Origin: an uncultured Treponema sp.
Lineage (GTDB): Bacteria > Spirochaetota > Spirochaetia > Treponematales > Treponemataceae
Assembly: GCA_900319625.1 (NCBI GenBank)
Contig: ONPD01000002.1
Coordinates: forward strand, 196,367-260,366
DNA length: 64,000 nucleotides
Direction: 5' to 3'
Numbering within the stretch: the first letter of the stretch is position 1; every line of letters starts with the position of its first letter. Made by a program: the position numbers and the translations under genes. Shown in pieces: positions 28,315 through 38,423 of the stretch. The notes below the pieces were generated by a model. That model had not been told where the DNA came from. It saw nothing but the letters and a program-made list of their open reading frames with translations, and ran no database searches.

Positions 28315-29622
28315 TTACTCCCTGTTCCAGTTTCCACGGCTAGGGTAGTAAGACCACAATCCTATGCTTGAGTAGGCAACACCGGTTGAGGAACCGCTGC
28401 CGGCAAAGCCGATGGCGGCGTAGAGGGCGCTTGAAGTTTCTGTTTCGGACGGATTTGCATTCAAAAGTGAATAAACGTGATAGCCGGATGTAATCTGAGT
28501 GTCTGCATTTGTTGAGAATTTTGTTGTTCCGGTAGGAATTCCATTATTAAGATTTGATTTTGTAATTCCGCCATAAGTATTGTAGCCGGTGCTTGCATCC
28601 CAGGTACCCATACCAATCAGAATTGAATCTGCACAGACTGCAAGGGCTGTAATTGTTCTGTTTGCGCCTATACTGCCTGTTGTTCCGTCACTTTTGAGAT
28701 AACAGAGTGAGGAGTTATAGCCGAAATAACAGACAGTAGGTTCCTGATAAGTTGTGTTTGATGCAAGAGCTGTGTATGTGTAATTTGTGTAGCATTCATT
28801 TGTAGCAACTGCCGGCTGAGTGAAGAAGGTATAGGCATTATTGAACCAGGCAACGCCGTATACGTTATTTTTTGTAAGGTCAGAAACTGTTGAAGTTCCG
28901 TTCCAGGCTTTTGTAATAGAAGTTTTTGTAAGGCCGGAAGAGGATACATCATAGTAAACAGGAGTTTTGATTGTTGAATTGCTAGTATTTACAGCATTTA
29001 CTTTTCCGCTTCTTACAAAAACCTTTCGATGAGCCGGATTTAAAGAGTTTGTACTGAGAAGGCTGAATGCCGAATAATAATATCCGGTTGAAGAATATTT
29101 ATAAATTTTGAAAACAGCCGAAACATCACCAGATTTTGATTCGTTCAGGGTTTTCCATTCTGTGCCATCGAGATTCTGTCCGTCATTTGATGTAATTTTT
29201 GCGCAGCGCAGACGGACTACATCCGGAGCTACAGTTCCTTCATCATTATCATTTTTGTAAGTAGTTGAAAGAATATAAAGATATTCGCTGTCAGCTACGA
29301 TTTTAATAATCTGTTCGCCATTGTGTTTTTCACCATAATAATCATAAGAGTGAAGGCTGAAAGGAAGACCACCATATGTTTTCCAGCTTCCGTGGCTTCT
29401 GTTATCTGCACGTTTGTAGCGCATACCGTCGTCAGCATTTACAATAAGGAATTCAGTTCCGCTTGCTGTATAACGGGTAATCTGTGCAATATTACCCGAA
29501 ACAGTTGCATCTTCTGATACAACGTCGTTTGAAACACCATAAAAGGCCGGATTATCACAGCCTGCAAAGAAAAATGGGGCAAGTAAAGATATGGTAGCTA
29601 AAAGTTTTATAATTTTTTTCAT
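28315..29622 (-). CDS. Hypothetical lipoprotein, beta-rich
   Basis: Lipobox FFAGC; S/T/Y/N-rich; C-terminal GLWSYYP..WNRE. Confidence 0.75.
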   Translation of the reverse strand: MKKIIKLLATISLLAPFFFAGCDNPAFYGVSNDVVSEDATVSGNIAQITRYTASGTEFLIVNADDGMRYKRADNRSHGSWKTYGGLPFSLHSYDYYGEKHNGEQIIKIVADSEYLYILSTTYKNDNDEGTVAPDVVRLRCAKITSNDGQNLDGTEWKTLNESKSGDVSAVFKIYKYSSTGYYYSAFSLLSTNSLNPAHRKVFVRSGKVNAVNTSNSTIKTPVYYDVSSSGLTKTSITKAWNGTSTVSDLTKNNVYGVAWFNNAYTFFTQPAVATNECYTNYTYTALASNTTYQEPTVCYFGYNSSLCYLKSDGTTGSIGANRTITALAVCADSILIGMGTWDASTGYNTYGGITKSNLNNGIPTGTTKFSTNADTQITSGYHVYSLLNANPSETETSSALYAAIGFAGSGSSTGVAYSSIGLWSYYPSRGNWNRE

Positions 29623-29663
29623 AATCAAATCCTAATTAAGTTATATGCGCTCCCGGGCCAGCA

Positions 29664-30257
29664 CTAGAAGTGGTAACGAACTGCAAGTGAAGCAGTCTGG
29701 AACAATCCGTGGAAATCTTTTCCTTTATTTTCTTTGTCTTTCCAGCCTGGAGTTTCTATCGTCCACATAAAATATGTTAAAAGTCCAAAGGACCAGGCTT
29801 CATTAAAGCGGTAGAAAGCGCCGCCTTCAGCCTTGAGTGTGAAGGCCGGGAAGTAGGTTGAGTTTGCCCAGGTGTGGTCTGCAATACCCATAGTAAGGAA
29901 GAATGGGAATTCAAATTTTCCGATTGTCGGCTGTGCCATAGCACCTATGGTAAGAGGTACCATAAAGAGGGCTTTGTTTCCGATTGAGAACTGACTTGAA
30001 ACAGAAATTTCTCCACCAAGTGCCAGCCAGGTATTCAAAAATCTGTAATAACCGATTGTTGCCTGAACACCAGGCCAGAGCTTTCCTTCAAAATTGAGGG
30101 GGAAAATAGCTCCGAGTTCAATCTTCAAAAACTGATCGCCGGGACCATTCTGTAAGTACTCATAATCATCTTCATAAATATCAGGACCATCTTCCTGAGC
30201 AAAAACTGAGCCTGCAAGAATTGTAAAAATCAAGAGCAGGGAAAAAAAGCGTTTCAT
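29664..30257 (-). CDS. TP0733-like (OmpW/OprG-type) outer-membrane beta-barrel
   Basis: Signal peptide, GDQFLKI, C-terminal VRYHF; divergent from folD. Confidence 0.75.
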   Translation of the reverse strand: MKRFFSLLLIFTILAGSVFAQEDGPDIYEDDYEYLQNGPGDQFLKIELGAIFPLNFEGKLWPGVQATIGYYRFLNTWLALGGEISVSSQFSIGNKALFMVPLTIGAMAQPTIGKFEFPFFLTMGIADHTWANSTYFPAFTLKAEGGAFYRFNEAWSFGLLTYFMWTIETPGWKDKENKGKDFHGLFQTASLAVRYHF

Positions 30258-30374
30258 ATTGATTTCCTTTTTACATTTTTTTATGGATATTTTATCTCAA
30301 AAATTTTAATATCTGATAATATCAATTTTATAGATAAGTATCAATTAAACAAAAAACGTGGGGTAAAGGTTACT

Positions 30375-31241
30375 ATGAGCGCAGTGATTATTGACGGAAA
30401 ACAGGTGGCGGCAGATGTTCGTGCCGATGTGGCAAAAAAGGTTGCAGAATTGAAGACAAAGGGAATTGAGCCTTGTCTTGCAGTAATTCTGGTCGGCGAA
30501 AATCCTGCCAGCGTAAGTTATGTTACAGGAAAGCAGAAGGCTCTTGCTGAAGTCGGAATGAAAGACCGCAGCGTTCACCTGCCGGAATCTACATCAGAAG
30601 CAGAACTCCTCAAGCTGATTGATGAACTCAATGCTGACCCGACTGTTCACGGTATTCTTGTTCAGCTGCCTCTTCCAAAGCATATTAATGAAGATAAAGT
30701 GATTATGGCTATCCGCCCGGAAAAAGATGTTGACGGCTTCCATCCTGTAAACGTTGGTAACATGCTGATTGGACGTCCTGGCTTCCTTCCTTGCACCCCT
30801 CACGGAGTAATTGTCCTTCTTCGCAAGGCCGGAATTGAAACCAGCGGAAAGCACGCTGTTGTAATCGGCCGTTCAAATATTGTAGGAAAACCTGTTGCGG
30901 CTCTTCTTGCCCGAAAAGACGTAAACTGCACGGTAACAATGTGCCACACAGGAACTAAAAATATGGCAGAAATCACCCGCCAGGCAGATATCATTGTTGT
31001 TGCAAGCGGCCGTCCTCACACCCTCACTGCAGATATGGTAAAGGATGGTGCTGTTGTAATTGACGTAGGCGTAAACCGCATTCCGGATGCCAGCAAAAAA
31101 TCCGGCTTCCGCCTTGTAGGTGACTGCGATTTTGATGATTTAAAGGAAAAGACTTCCTTTATCACACCGGTGCCGGGCGGAGTAGGCCCAATGACAATCG
31201 CCATGCTGATGCAGAATACGCTGGAATCAGCATCAAAATAA
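30375..31241 (+). CDS. folD: Methylenetetrahydrofolate dehydrogenase/cyclohydrolase
   Basis: [38 protein letters not shown]. Confidence 0.97.
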   Translation: MSAVIIDGKQVAADVRADVAKKVAELKTKGIEPCLAVILVGENPASVSYVTGKQKALAEVGMKDRSVHLPESTSEAELLKLIDELNADPTVHGILVQLPLPKHINEDKVIMAIRPEKDVDGFHPVNVGNMLIGRPGFLPCTPHGVIVLLRKAGIETSGKHAVVIGRSNIVGKPVAALLARKDVNCTVTMCHTGTKNMAEITRQADIIVVASGRPHTLTADMVKDGAVVIDVGVNRIPDASKKSGFRLVGDCDFDDLKEKTSFITPVPGGVGPMTIAMLMQNTLESASK

Positions 31242-31877
31242 ATCAATAATATCCGCCAGCGACTCCTTCACCGCGATGCACATGCGGCGGTCTTCGGCGG
31301 TGTCGGGGGTTTGGTCGGGGACCATTACTACCTGGCAGCCGGCTTTGAAGGCGCTGGTCACGCCGTTAGGGGAATCTTCTACGGCAAGACAGTCGGCGGG
31401 GGCAAAGCCCAGTTCGCGGCAGGCAAATTCGTAGATGTCCGGGGCGGGCTTTCCATGCGAAACCATAGTGGCAGAAATCACCCGGTCAAAGTAGTCCAGA
31501 ATTCCCGCCTGCTTCAAATATCGCTCGCTCCTGTCTTTAGGCGAAGCCGTCGCAACCGCCCTCACAATCTTTTTTTCGTGAAGAAAATCCAGCAGTTCAA
31601 GCACCCCTTTCTTCAAATGCAGCCCCTTCTTTTTAATAGTTTCTTCCATAATAGCAGACCGGTAAGACCTCACCGCTTCGTAATCAAAATCCGGATCCCC
31701 GCTCATTTTTTTAAGGATTTCCGGGGCAAAAGGCCGTCCAAGTGAACGCAAAGTCAATGCCTGCTCGTCAGACATCTTATAGCCGAAATGTTCGAAAGCG
31801 CGCGGCCAGCATACGCGAAAATATTTTTCTGTGTCCAGCAGGGTGCCGTCCAAGTCAAAAAGAAGAGCTTTAATCAT
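31233..31877 (-). CDS. HAD-family phosphatase (beta-PGM-like)
   Basis: FDLDGTL, GKPAPD, EDSPNG. Confidence 0.9.
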   Translation of the reverse strand: MIKALLFDLDGTLLDTEKYFRVCWPRAFEHFGYKMSDEQALTLRSLGRPFAPEILKKMSGDPDFDYEAVRSYRSAIMEETIKKKGLHLKKGVLELLDFLHEKKIVRAVATASPKDRSERYLKQAGILDYFDRVISATMVSHGKPAPDIYEFACRELGFAPADCLAVEDSPNGVTSAFKAGCQVVMVPDQTPDTAEDRRMCIAVKESLADIIDLF

Positions 31878-31924
31878 GCTGCAAATTATACCATAAAAAA
31901 GCGTTTTCTGCTAAAATACATTCT
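31878..31924. promoter_or_regulatory. Back-to-back extended -10 promoters, both leaderless
   Basis: TGGTATAAT 7 nt before ATG 31877 (minus) and TGCTAAAAT 7 nt before ATG 31925 (plus) in a 47-bp gap. Confidence 0.65.
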
Positions 31925-32692
31925 ATGCGAGATATTCAAAACGAACAGGACACCCGCGAAATTCCTCTTCAGAAAGTCGGCGTGCGAAACGTAAAGTATC
32001 CGGTCTGCGTACTGGACAAAAATCACAAAACACAGAACACCACCGCAACCGTCGATCTCTTTGTGAACCTGCCCCACAATTTTAAGGGCACCCATATGAG
32101 CCGCTTTATCCAGGTCTTCCACAAGTACCACCAGGATATCACTATGCAGCACTTCCTTGATATGCTGGAAGAAATCCGCACTAAACTTGACGCCAAAACC
32201 GCCTACGGAAGCATCACCTTCCCCTATTTTATAGAAAAAAAAGCCCCCGTCAGCGAAAGCGAAGGCATAATGCAGTATATATGTGGTTATGAAGCTACAG
32301 TTGGAGACGGCAGAAAGTTTTATATCAACATCGAAGTCCCGATTGCGACCCTCTGCCCCTGCTCAAAGGCAATCAGCGAGTACGGAGCCCACAATCAGCG
32401 GGGAAAAGTAAAAGTCCGCCTTCTTTACAAAAACTTTTTCTGGATAGAAGACGTCATCAAAATGATAGAAAAATGCGCTTCAACACCGCTTTACTCAGTT
32501 CTTAAGCGCAAAGATGAAAAATACGTTACAGAGCACGCCTACGAAAATCCGCGCTTTGTAGAAGATGTAGTCCGGGAAGTTTACCTGGGACTAAAAAAAC
32601 AGGGTTTTGACTGGTTTTCTGTCGAAGCCGAAACCGAAGAGAGTATTCACAATCACAATGCCTACGCCTACACAGAATATGAGGGCAGGTAA
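31925..32692 (+). CDS. folE2: GTP cyclohydrolase IB
   Basis: KGTHMSR, TLCPCSK, AHNQR, FVEDVVR, ESIHNH. Confidence 0.95.
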   Translation: MRDIQNEQDTREIPLQKVGVRNVKYPVCVLDKNHKTQNTTATVDLFVNLPHNFKGTHMSRFIQVFHKYHQDITMQHFLDMLEEIRTKLDAKTAYGSITFPYFIEKKAPVSESEGIMQYICGYEATVGDGRKFYINIEVPIATLCPCSKAISEYGAHNQRGKVKVRLLYKNFFWIEDVIKMIEKCASTPLYSVLKRKDEKYVTEHAYENPRFVEDVVREVYLGLKKQGFDWFSVEAETEESIHNHNAYAYTEYEGR

Positions 32693-32704
32693 ACAGGAAA
32701 TTTT

Positions 32705-34162
32705 ATGAAGACTTACTTTTTTGAAACATACGGCTGTGAAATGAACATCGCAGAATCAGCGGCTGTTGAACAGCTTTTAATCGCCCGCGGCTGGAAGCAG
32801 GCAAAATCGGCACAGGTTGCAGACATGGCAATCATCAATACCTGTTCAGTGCGCGAAACTGCCGAAAACCGCATTATGGGCCGCCTGGGCTGGTTCAACG
32901 GACTCAAGGCTGTTCGTGCCAAAAAGCTTGGCGCAAAAACAAAAATGCTGGACGAAGCCGTAGAATACGTTAAGGACGGCGCAAAGCCTCTAACAATTGT
33001 AGTTATGGGCTGTATGGCAGAGCGCCTTTTGAAAACCTTCCAGAAGGATTATCCTTTTATCGACTATGTTGTCGGAACTTACGCAAAATATCAGTTTTCG
33101 GAAATTATCAGCGCAGTAGAAGAAGGCCGCAAGCCTTTTGAACTTGATGATTCAAGCGCCTATAAGTTTGCAAGCGTTTCCGCAGAGCCGGGCGCCTTCA
33201 GCACCTTTGTTCCGATTATGCACGGCTGTAATAACTTCTGTACTTACTGCATTGTTCCTTATGTTCGCGGGCGGGAAATCAGTCGGCCGGTCTGCGAGAT
33301 TCTGCGCGAAATCGATATTCTTACCGGCTACGGCGTAAAGGAAATTACGCTGATTGGACAGAATGTAAATTCTTATAAAGGTGAAATTGAAAACAACCTT
33401 TTTGCAGGCAAAAAGGTTGCAACAGCCGTTACGGAAACAGAAATTGGTGGCAAAGTTACGACGGCTGTAGATTTCGCAGGGCTTCTTCAGATTATCGCCG
33501 ACCACCTGCGCGAAACAAAGTCCTGCATTGAATGGGTTCGCTTTATGTCTTCGCATCCAAAGGATTTTACCGACGACGTTATCGACGTAATTGCAAAAGA
33601 GGAAGTGCTCTGCCGCCACATTCACCTGCCGGTTCAGCACGGCTCGACTGCGGTTTTGAAGGCTATGAACCGCCGTTACACCCGCGAGCAGTATCTTGAC
33701 CTGGTAAGCAGAATTAAGGCCCGCATCCCGGACGTTTCTCTCACAACCGACATTATGATGGGCTTCCCGGGCGAAACTGAGCAGGACGTAGAAGACACCC
33801 TGGATTTGATGCGTCAGGTAAAATACGAAAGCGCCATGATGTACTACTACAATCCGCGCGAGGGAACGCCGGCCGCAAAAATGGAACAGCTTCCTGAACA
33901 GGTGCGCAAGGACCGCCTGCAGAAGGTAATCGATTTGCAGCTGGAGCACACCCACGAGCAGATGATTAAGCGGGTAGGCAGCGTGATGAAGGTTCTGGTA
34001 GAAAGCGTCAGCCGCGATGACAAGACTGAGCTTCTTGGGCAGACTGAACAGCACGAAAAAGTGGCCTTTAAGGCTGAACGTTCGCTTATCGGTAAGTTTG
34101 TTAACGTAAAAATAACGGAGTTGAGCGGAAATACTTTCCGTGGTAATATAGAATCATGGTAG
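32705..34162 (+). CDS. miaB: tRNA-2-methylthio-N6-dimethylallyladenosine synthase
   Basis: TYGCEMN, NTCSVRE, CNNFCTYC radical-SAM motif, C-terminal TRAM domain. Confidence 0.95.
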   Translation: MKTYFFETYGCEMNIAESAAVEQLLIARGWKQAKSAQVADMAIINTCSVRETAENRIMGRLGWFNGLKAVRAKKLGAKTKMLDEAVEYVKDGAKPLTIVVMGCMAERLLKTFQKDYPFIDYVVGTYAKYQFSEIISAVEEGRKPFELDDSSAYKFASVSAEPGAFSTFVPIMHGCNNFCTYCIVPYVRGREISRPVCEILREIDILTGYGVKEITLIGQNVNSYKGEIENNLFAGKKVATAVTETEIGGKVTTAVDFAGLLQIIADHLRETKSCIEWVRFMSSHPKDFTDDVIDVIAKEEVLCRHIHLPVQHGSTAVLKAMNRRYTREQYLDLVSRIKARIPDVSLTTDIMMGFPGETEQDVEDTLDLMRQVKYESAMMYYYNPREGTPAAKMEQLPEQVRKDRLQKVIDLQLEHTHEQMIKRVGSVMKVLVESVSRDDKTELLGQTEQHEKVAFKAERSLIGKFVNVKITELSGNTFRGNIESW

Positions 34163-34563
34163 TAAGTTTGATTTTTGTTTTAATCCTGGTTGTTTTGCTT
34201 GCAACTTTTATAGGACATAATCTTGGAGCAGAGGCTTTAGTTCAGCATTTCTGGTTTTTCAAACAGTATGATAATGTTCCCGTAATTCTTCTGGTTTTCA
34301 TTGCCTTTGGAGCGGGAGTTGCCCTTTCTCTTTTGTGCGTGCTTTTTGCCCGCCTGCGTAAGGCTGATGAAGAGCGTAATGCCAAAAATGTAACTGATAA
34401 GGCAAAAAAAGCCGAAGAAAAGGCTCAGAAGCTTGCTGAAAAAAATGCAAAGCTTGCAGAAAAAGAAGAAAAGAAGCTTAAGAAAAATAAGAAAGCAAAG
34501 GAAGATGACCTGAACAAAACTCAGGAAATGTCCGTTTCTGACTTACAGAGCATTCAAAAATAA
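34156..34563 (+). CDS. LapA-like small membrane protein
   Basis: Two TM helices and a Lys/Glu-rich tail. Confidence 0.6.
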   Translation: MVVSLIFVLILVVLLATFIGHNLGAEALVQHFWFFKQYDNVPVILLVFIAFGAGVALSLLCVLFARLRKADEERNAKNVTDKAKKAEEKAQKLAEKNAKLAEKEEKKLKKNKKAKEDDLNKTQEMSVSDLQSIQK

Positions 34564-34595
34564 GACCGGGGCGAGCCGGACGGGTGGGGATTTTT

Positions 34596-35669
34596 ATGAA
34601 AAAACTGATTTTATCTGGTCTGATTCTTTTTTCACTTGCTGGAGCCGCTTTTTCTGCAGAACTTACCGCAAAGGAAATCACCCGGCAGGCCGCCGGAAAA
34701 GCCAATGTTGATGAATCAATTTTATATCTTAGGAATCAGGTTTCGCGGGTAAGTGACCTGACTCAAAAACGCGCCCTTTATATTTTTATGGCTTCGCTGC
34801 AGGAGCAGATGGCTTTTTACAGCGATGCTCAGATTTCCTACGCTCAGGCCGCTTCGATTGCCGCCCCTGACGCAGAAGGCTTCCCTAAAAAATCTAATGA
34901 ACAGCTGGTTCTGGACGCAGTCCGCTGTGCCCTTTCTGCCGGCGATTCTGATACTGCCGACACCTACCTGAATTCCGCTGTCCGCAATTCAAAAAATGCC
35001 AGAATCCGCGCCTACATAAAACTCTACACTCAGTGGAGCAAGCTTTGCCGCGCCGATACTGCCGACGACCTTCAGGAACCTGTTTTAATTCTGCAGTCTT
35101 ACCTCAAAAGCGAAGCCATGACTTATGTTTATCCTGCCGTTCTTTTGACCCTCTGGTATCTTACCGGCGAAAAAGCTTACGGAGTTGAAATTCAGGGAAA
35201 ATTCCCGGGCTCTATGGAAGCGGCAGTTGTAAACGGTGATGCCCAGCTTTTGCCGACTCCCTTCTGGTTCTTCGTGCCGAAAAAAGGCGAGGCTGAGCAG
35301 GGAACGGGAACTTATGCCGCAGTTGAAATCCCTAAAGACAGCGGAAATGATGACGCTAACGGGGCAATAAGTCTGCCGGGGGTAGGGGGCGCCGCAAGCC
35401 AGGCAGAGTCCCCTGCAGGTTCCCCTTCTGCCGCTGCAACTTCTTCAGACGAAAAAGCTTCCTGCAAGCTTCAGGTTGGCTTTTTCGGTTCAAAAAAGAA
35501 TGCCGAAGGCCTTTGCGAAGAACTCAAAAAGAAAAACTTTTCTCCATATATTACGACTGAAACCCGTTCAAGCGGCACAACTTACTATCTGGTTCTCATA
35601 AATGACCCGGACGGAAATCTTGCCGACAAGCTTCGCAGCAACGGCTACGAGTGCTACGTGGTGGAGTAG
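34596..35669 (+). CDS. Exported SPOR-domain protein
   Basis: Signal peptide, helical N-terminus, C-terminal LQVGFFGSKKNA SPOR motif. Confidence 0.75.
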   Translation: MKKLILSGLILFSLAGAAFSAELTAKEITRQAAGKANVDESILYLRNQVSRVSDLTQKRALYIFMASLQEQMAFYSDAQISYAQAASIAAPDAEGFPKKSNEQLVLDAVRCALSAGDSDTADTYLNSAVRNSKNARIRAYIKLYTQWSKLCRADTADDLQEPVLILQSYLKSEAMTYVYPAVLLTLWYLTGEKAYGVEIQGKFPGSMEAAVVNGDAQLLPTPFWFFVPKKGEAEQGTGTYAAVEIPKDSGNDDANGAISLPGVGGAASQAESPAGSPSAAATSSDEKASCKLQVGFFGSKKNAEGLCEELKKKNFSPYITTETRSSGTTYYLVLINDPDGNLADKLRSNGYECYVVE

Positions 35670-35671
35670 GC

Positions 35672-36472
35672 CTATTTAAATCCCAGAGCCGCTGCGACCT
35701 TGCGGCGCGGGGCGGCGATTGTATTTTTGCCGTTAATGACCAGCTGCGCGGAACGGCCGCCGTCAAACTGCATGGCGGTTCGGGCGCCTGCCTTCTGAAG
35801 GATTTCTGCGCAGTCCATATAGGAAAGTTTTTTCCCGCTCATTAAAAAAAGAGTTTTTCCGTCGTCTGCAATTCCGACGGCTGTCCGGTAGTCCTTGTGG
35901 TCTATAAAATCATTGATTTTGCCGTCGCGGAGAATTGTCCAGAAGCCGCCTGCGGCAAGGTAAAGACTTGCGTCGTTAATGTCGATTTCTTCCTGACTGT
36001 CAAAAATGCGGGCTGAATAACCGCTTTCTTCTTTATAAATTGCAAGGGCGGTGTATTTTTTATTTACCTGGGAAATAAGGTGGCCTTCTTCTATTATCAG
36101 GCCGACGGGGCTGCCGTCTTTTTTGAAGGGCGTCGTGTTTATTACAAGCTGGCTGCCCGAGATTTTTGCGAAGACTCTGGGGTTTAAGACCCGCTTAGAA
36201 GTGTCTTTGGAAAAGTTTGAAATTATATGGAGGCCTTCCCCCGCCAGGTTGACTTTTACGATGGTGTAGGGAGAGCGGGGAGTAGACGATTTTATCACCT
36301 GGAAGGCCGGAGGGGGCAGCTGGCGGCTGACGCTGTTTAAAGCAGTGGTAGACGGGGCTTCTTTCTGGCAGGCGGAATTTTGTCCGTAGGAAGCCGACAG
36401 GGTCATACATGAAGGGAAGAGAAAAAGGGCCGCTGTCAGTGGAAAAATCAGTTTTATTTTCTTAAATTGCAT
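35672..36472 (-). CDS. Phosphodiester glycosidase (NAGPA/DUF2233) family lipoprotein
   Basis: Lipobox FPSC; RTAVGI and MQFDGGRS motifs. Confidence 0.8.
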   Translation of the reverse strand: MQFKKIKLIFPLTAALFLFPSCMTLSASYGQNSACQKEAPSTTALNSVSRQLPPPAFQVIKSSTPRSPYTIVKVNLAGEGLHIISNFSKDTSKRVLNPRVFAKISGSQLVINTTPFKKDGSPVGLIIEEGHLISQVNKKYTALAIYKEESGYSARIFDSQEEIDINDASLYLAAGGFWTILRDGKINDFIDHKDYRTAVGIADDGKTLFLMSGKKLSYMDCAEILQKAGARTAMQFDGGRSAQLVINGKNTIAAPRRKVAAALGFK

Positions 36473-36542
36473 TTGTTTAGTTTATCAGATTTTGATTTTA
36501 ATGTATGCTAGAGTTATGGCAAAGACTTTTGATGCCCGATAA

Positions 36543-36592
36543 TCGAAAATCCGTTAAAAAATGAGCCGTCAGGGTCATTTTAGGATTATCGA
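36543..36592 (+). repeat. Bulged hairpin element (family B)
   Basis: AATCC-GTTAAAAA-ATGA-G-CC-GTCA-GG-G-TCAT-TTTA-GGATT; paralogues at 42892 and 55368. Confidence 0.75.
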
Positions 36593-36653
36593 AAAAAAGG
36601 GTACCGAGCAAGCTGTGCTTGCGAGTCAGAATATTTAAGACAGGATGTTTAAG

Positions 36654-38390
36654 ATGGCAAAAACTTTCGATGATAAAAAGATAATCTACACTATGGATCG
36701 TGTTACTCGCAGCTACGGAACTAAGGTTGTTCTAAAGGATGTGAGTATTTCATATTACTATGGCGCAAAAATCGGCGTAATCGGTGCGAACGGTTCGGGA
36801 AAATCTTCGCTTTTTAAGATTCTTGCCGGCGTTGATAAGGATTTTGCGGGAGAAACTACTCTGGCTCCCGGCTACACAATCGGATACCTGGAACAGGAGC
36901 CTTATCTTGAGCCTGGTAAAACTGTAATGGAAGTTGTAAAAGAAGGCGTAAAGGAAATTACTGACCTTCTTGAAGAATTTGATAAGATTGGCGAGGCTTA
37001 CGGCGACCCTGATGCTGATTTTGATAAGCTTGCGGCTCGTCAGGGCGAGGTTCAGGAAAAACTGGACGCTCTGGATGCCTGGAATCTTGATAATAACCTT
37101 GAGCTTGCAATGGACGCTTTGCGCTGTCCTCCTTCTGATCAGGTTGTTGACGTGCTTTCCGGAGGTGAACGCCGCCGAGTTGCTCTCTGCCGTCTGCTGC
37201 TTCAGAAGCCTGATATTCTTTTGCTCGACGAACCTACAAACCATCTTGATGCTGAAACTGTTGCCTGGCTTGAAAAACACCTGCACGACTACCCGGGAAC
37301 TGTAATTGCCATTACCCATGACCGTTACTTCCTTGATGAAGTTGCCGGCTGGATTCTGGAGCTTGACCGCGGTGAAGGCTATCCTTTCAAAGGAAACTAC
37401 TCAAGCTGGCTTGAACAGAAAAATCAGCGTCTTGCCCTTGAAAATAAAAATGAATCTGCCCGCCAGAAGGAAATCCAGCGTGAGCTTGAATGGATTCATA
37501 TGGGTGCAAAAGGCCGTCAGGCAAAACATAAAGAGCACATTACCCGCTATAACGAGCTGATGGCTCAGGAAAGCAAAAAACAGCTTAAGGATACACAGAT
37601 TTCTATTCCGGCTGGTCCTCGTCTGGGCGGTCAGGTAATTGATTTTGAAGGCGTTTCAAAGTCTTTCGGCGATAAGCTTTTGTTTGAAAATCTTAACATT
37701 CATATTCCTGCCGGTGCAATTGTTGGTATTGTTGGTCCTAACGGTGCCGGTAAAACAACTCTCTTCAAGATGATTGCTGATGCGGCTGGTCTTGCGGGCG
37801 GCGAAAAGCCTGATGCCGGAACTATTAAAGTTGGGCAGACTGTAAAACTTGTTTACGTTGACCAGATGCGTACAGGCCTTGATGAAAATAAGACTGTTTA
37901 CGAAACTTTGGGTGGCGGCGGAGACCTTGTAAAGCTTGGTGCCGTTGATGAAAAAGGCCGTGCCCTTGAAGGCGGTATCCGCGAAGTTAATGCTCACGCA
38001 TACTGCGGCTGGTTCAACTTTGCAGGCCCTGATCAGAATAAAAAGGTAAGCGTACTTTCCGGTGGTGAAAAGAACCGCCTGAACCTTGGTATGATGCTCA
38101 AAGAGAGCGGAAATGTGCTTTTGTTCGATGAACCTACAAATGACCTTGACGTTCAGACTGTACGTGCGCTCGAAGAAGCCCTTGAAGACTTTGCCGGCTG
38201 TGCAATGGTTGTAAGCCATGACCGCTGGTTCCTCGACCGCATTTGTACTCATATTCTTGCATTTGAAAACAATTCAGAAGTCCGCTTCTTTGAAGGCAAC
38301 TGGTCTGAATATGCTGAATGGAAGAAGGAACAGTTCGGTGAAGATGCCGGCGTTCCAAAACGCGTTCAGTATAGAAAACTTAGCAGATAA
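36654..38390 (+). CDS. ettA: Energy-dependent translational throttle ABC-F ATPase
   Basis: Two NBDs (GANGSGKS, GPNGAGKT), LSGGE twice, DEPTN; GAKIGV, KGRQAK. Confidence 0.93.
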   Translation: MAKTFDDKKIIYTMDRVTRSYGTKVVLKDVSISYYYGAKIGVIGANGSGKSSLFKILAGVDKDFAGETTLAPGYTIGYLEQEPYLEPGKTVMEVVKEGVKEITDLLEEFDKIGEAYGDPDADFDKLAARQGEVQEKLDALDAWNLDNNLELAMDALRCPPSDQVVDVLSGGERRRVALCRLLLQKPDILLLDEPTNHLDAETVAWLEKHLHDYPGTVIAITHDRYFLDEVAGWILELDRGEGYPFKGNYSSWLEQKNQRLALENKNESARQKEIQRELEWIHMGAKGRQAKHKEHITRYNELMAQESKKQLKDTQISIPAGPRLGGQVIDFEGVSKSFGDKLLFENLNIHIPAGAIVGIVGPNGAGKTTLFKMIADAAGLAGGEKPDAGTIKVGQTVKLVYVDQMRTGLDENKTVYETLGGGGDLVKLGAVDEKGRALEGGIREVNAHAYCGWFNFAGPDQNKKVSVLSGGEKNRLNLGMMLKESGNVLLFDEPTNDLDVQTVRALEEALEDFAGCAMVVSHDRWFLDRICTHILAFENNSEVRFFEGNWSEYAEWKKEQFGEDAGVPKRVQYRKLSR

Positions 38391-38395
38391 TAAGG

Positions 38396-38423
38396 AAGGC
38401 TCCCGCTAGGGAGCCTTTATTTT
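38396..38423. terminator. Intrinsic terminator between convergent ettA and GH3 genes
   Basis: AAGGCTCCC-GCTA-GGGAGCCTT followed by a T-rich run. Confidence 0.8.

Noticed and set aside
33152-34054. 300-aa minus-strand ORF
   Set aside because: Antisense shadow of miaB caused by codon bias
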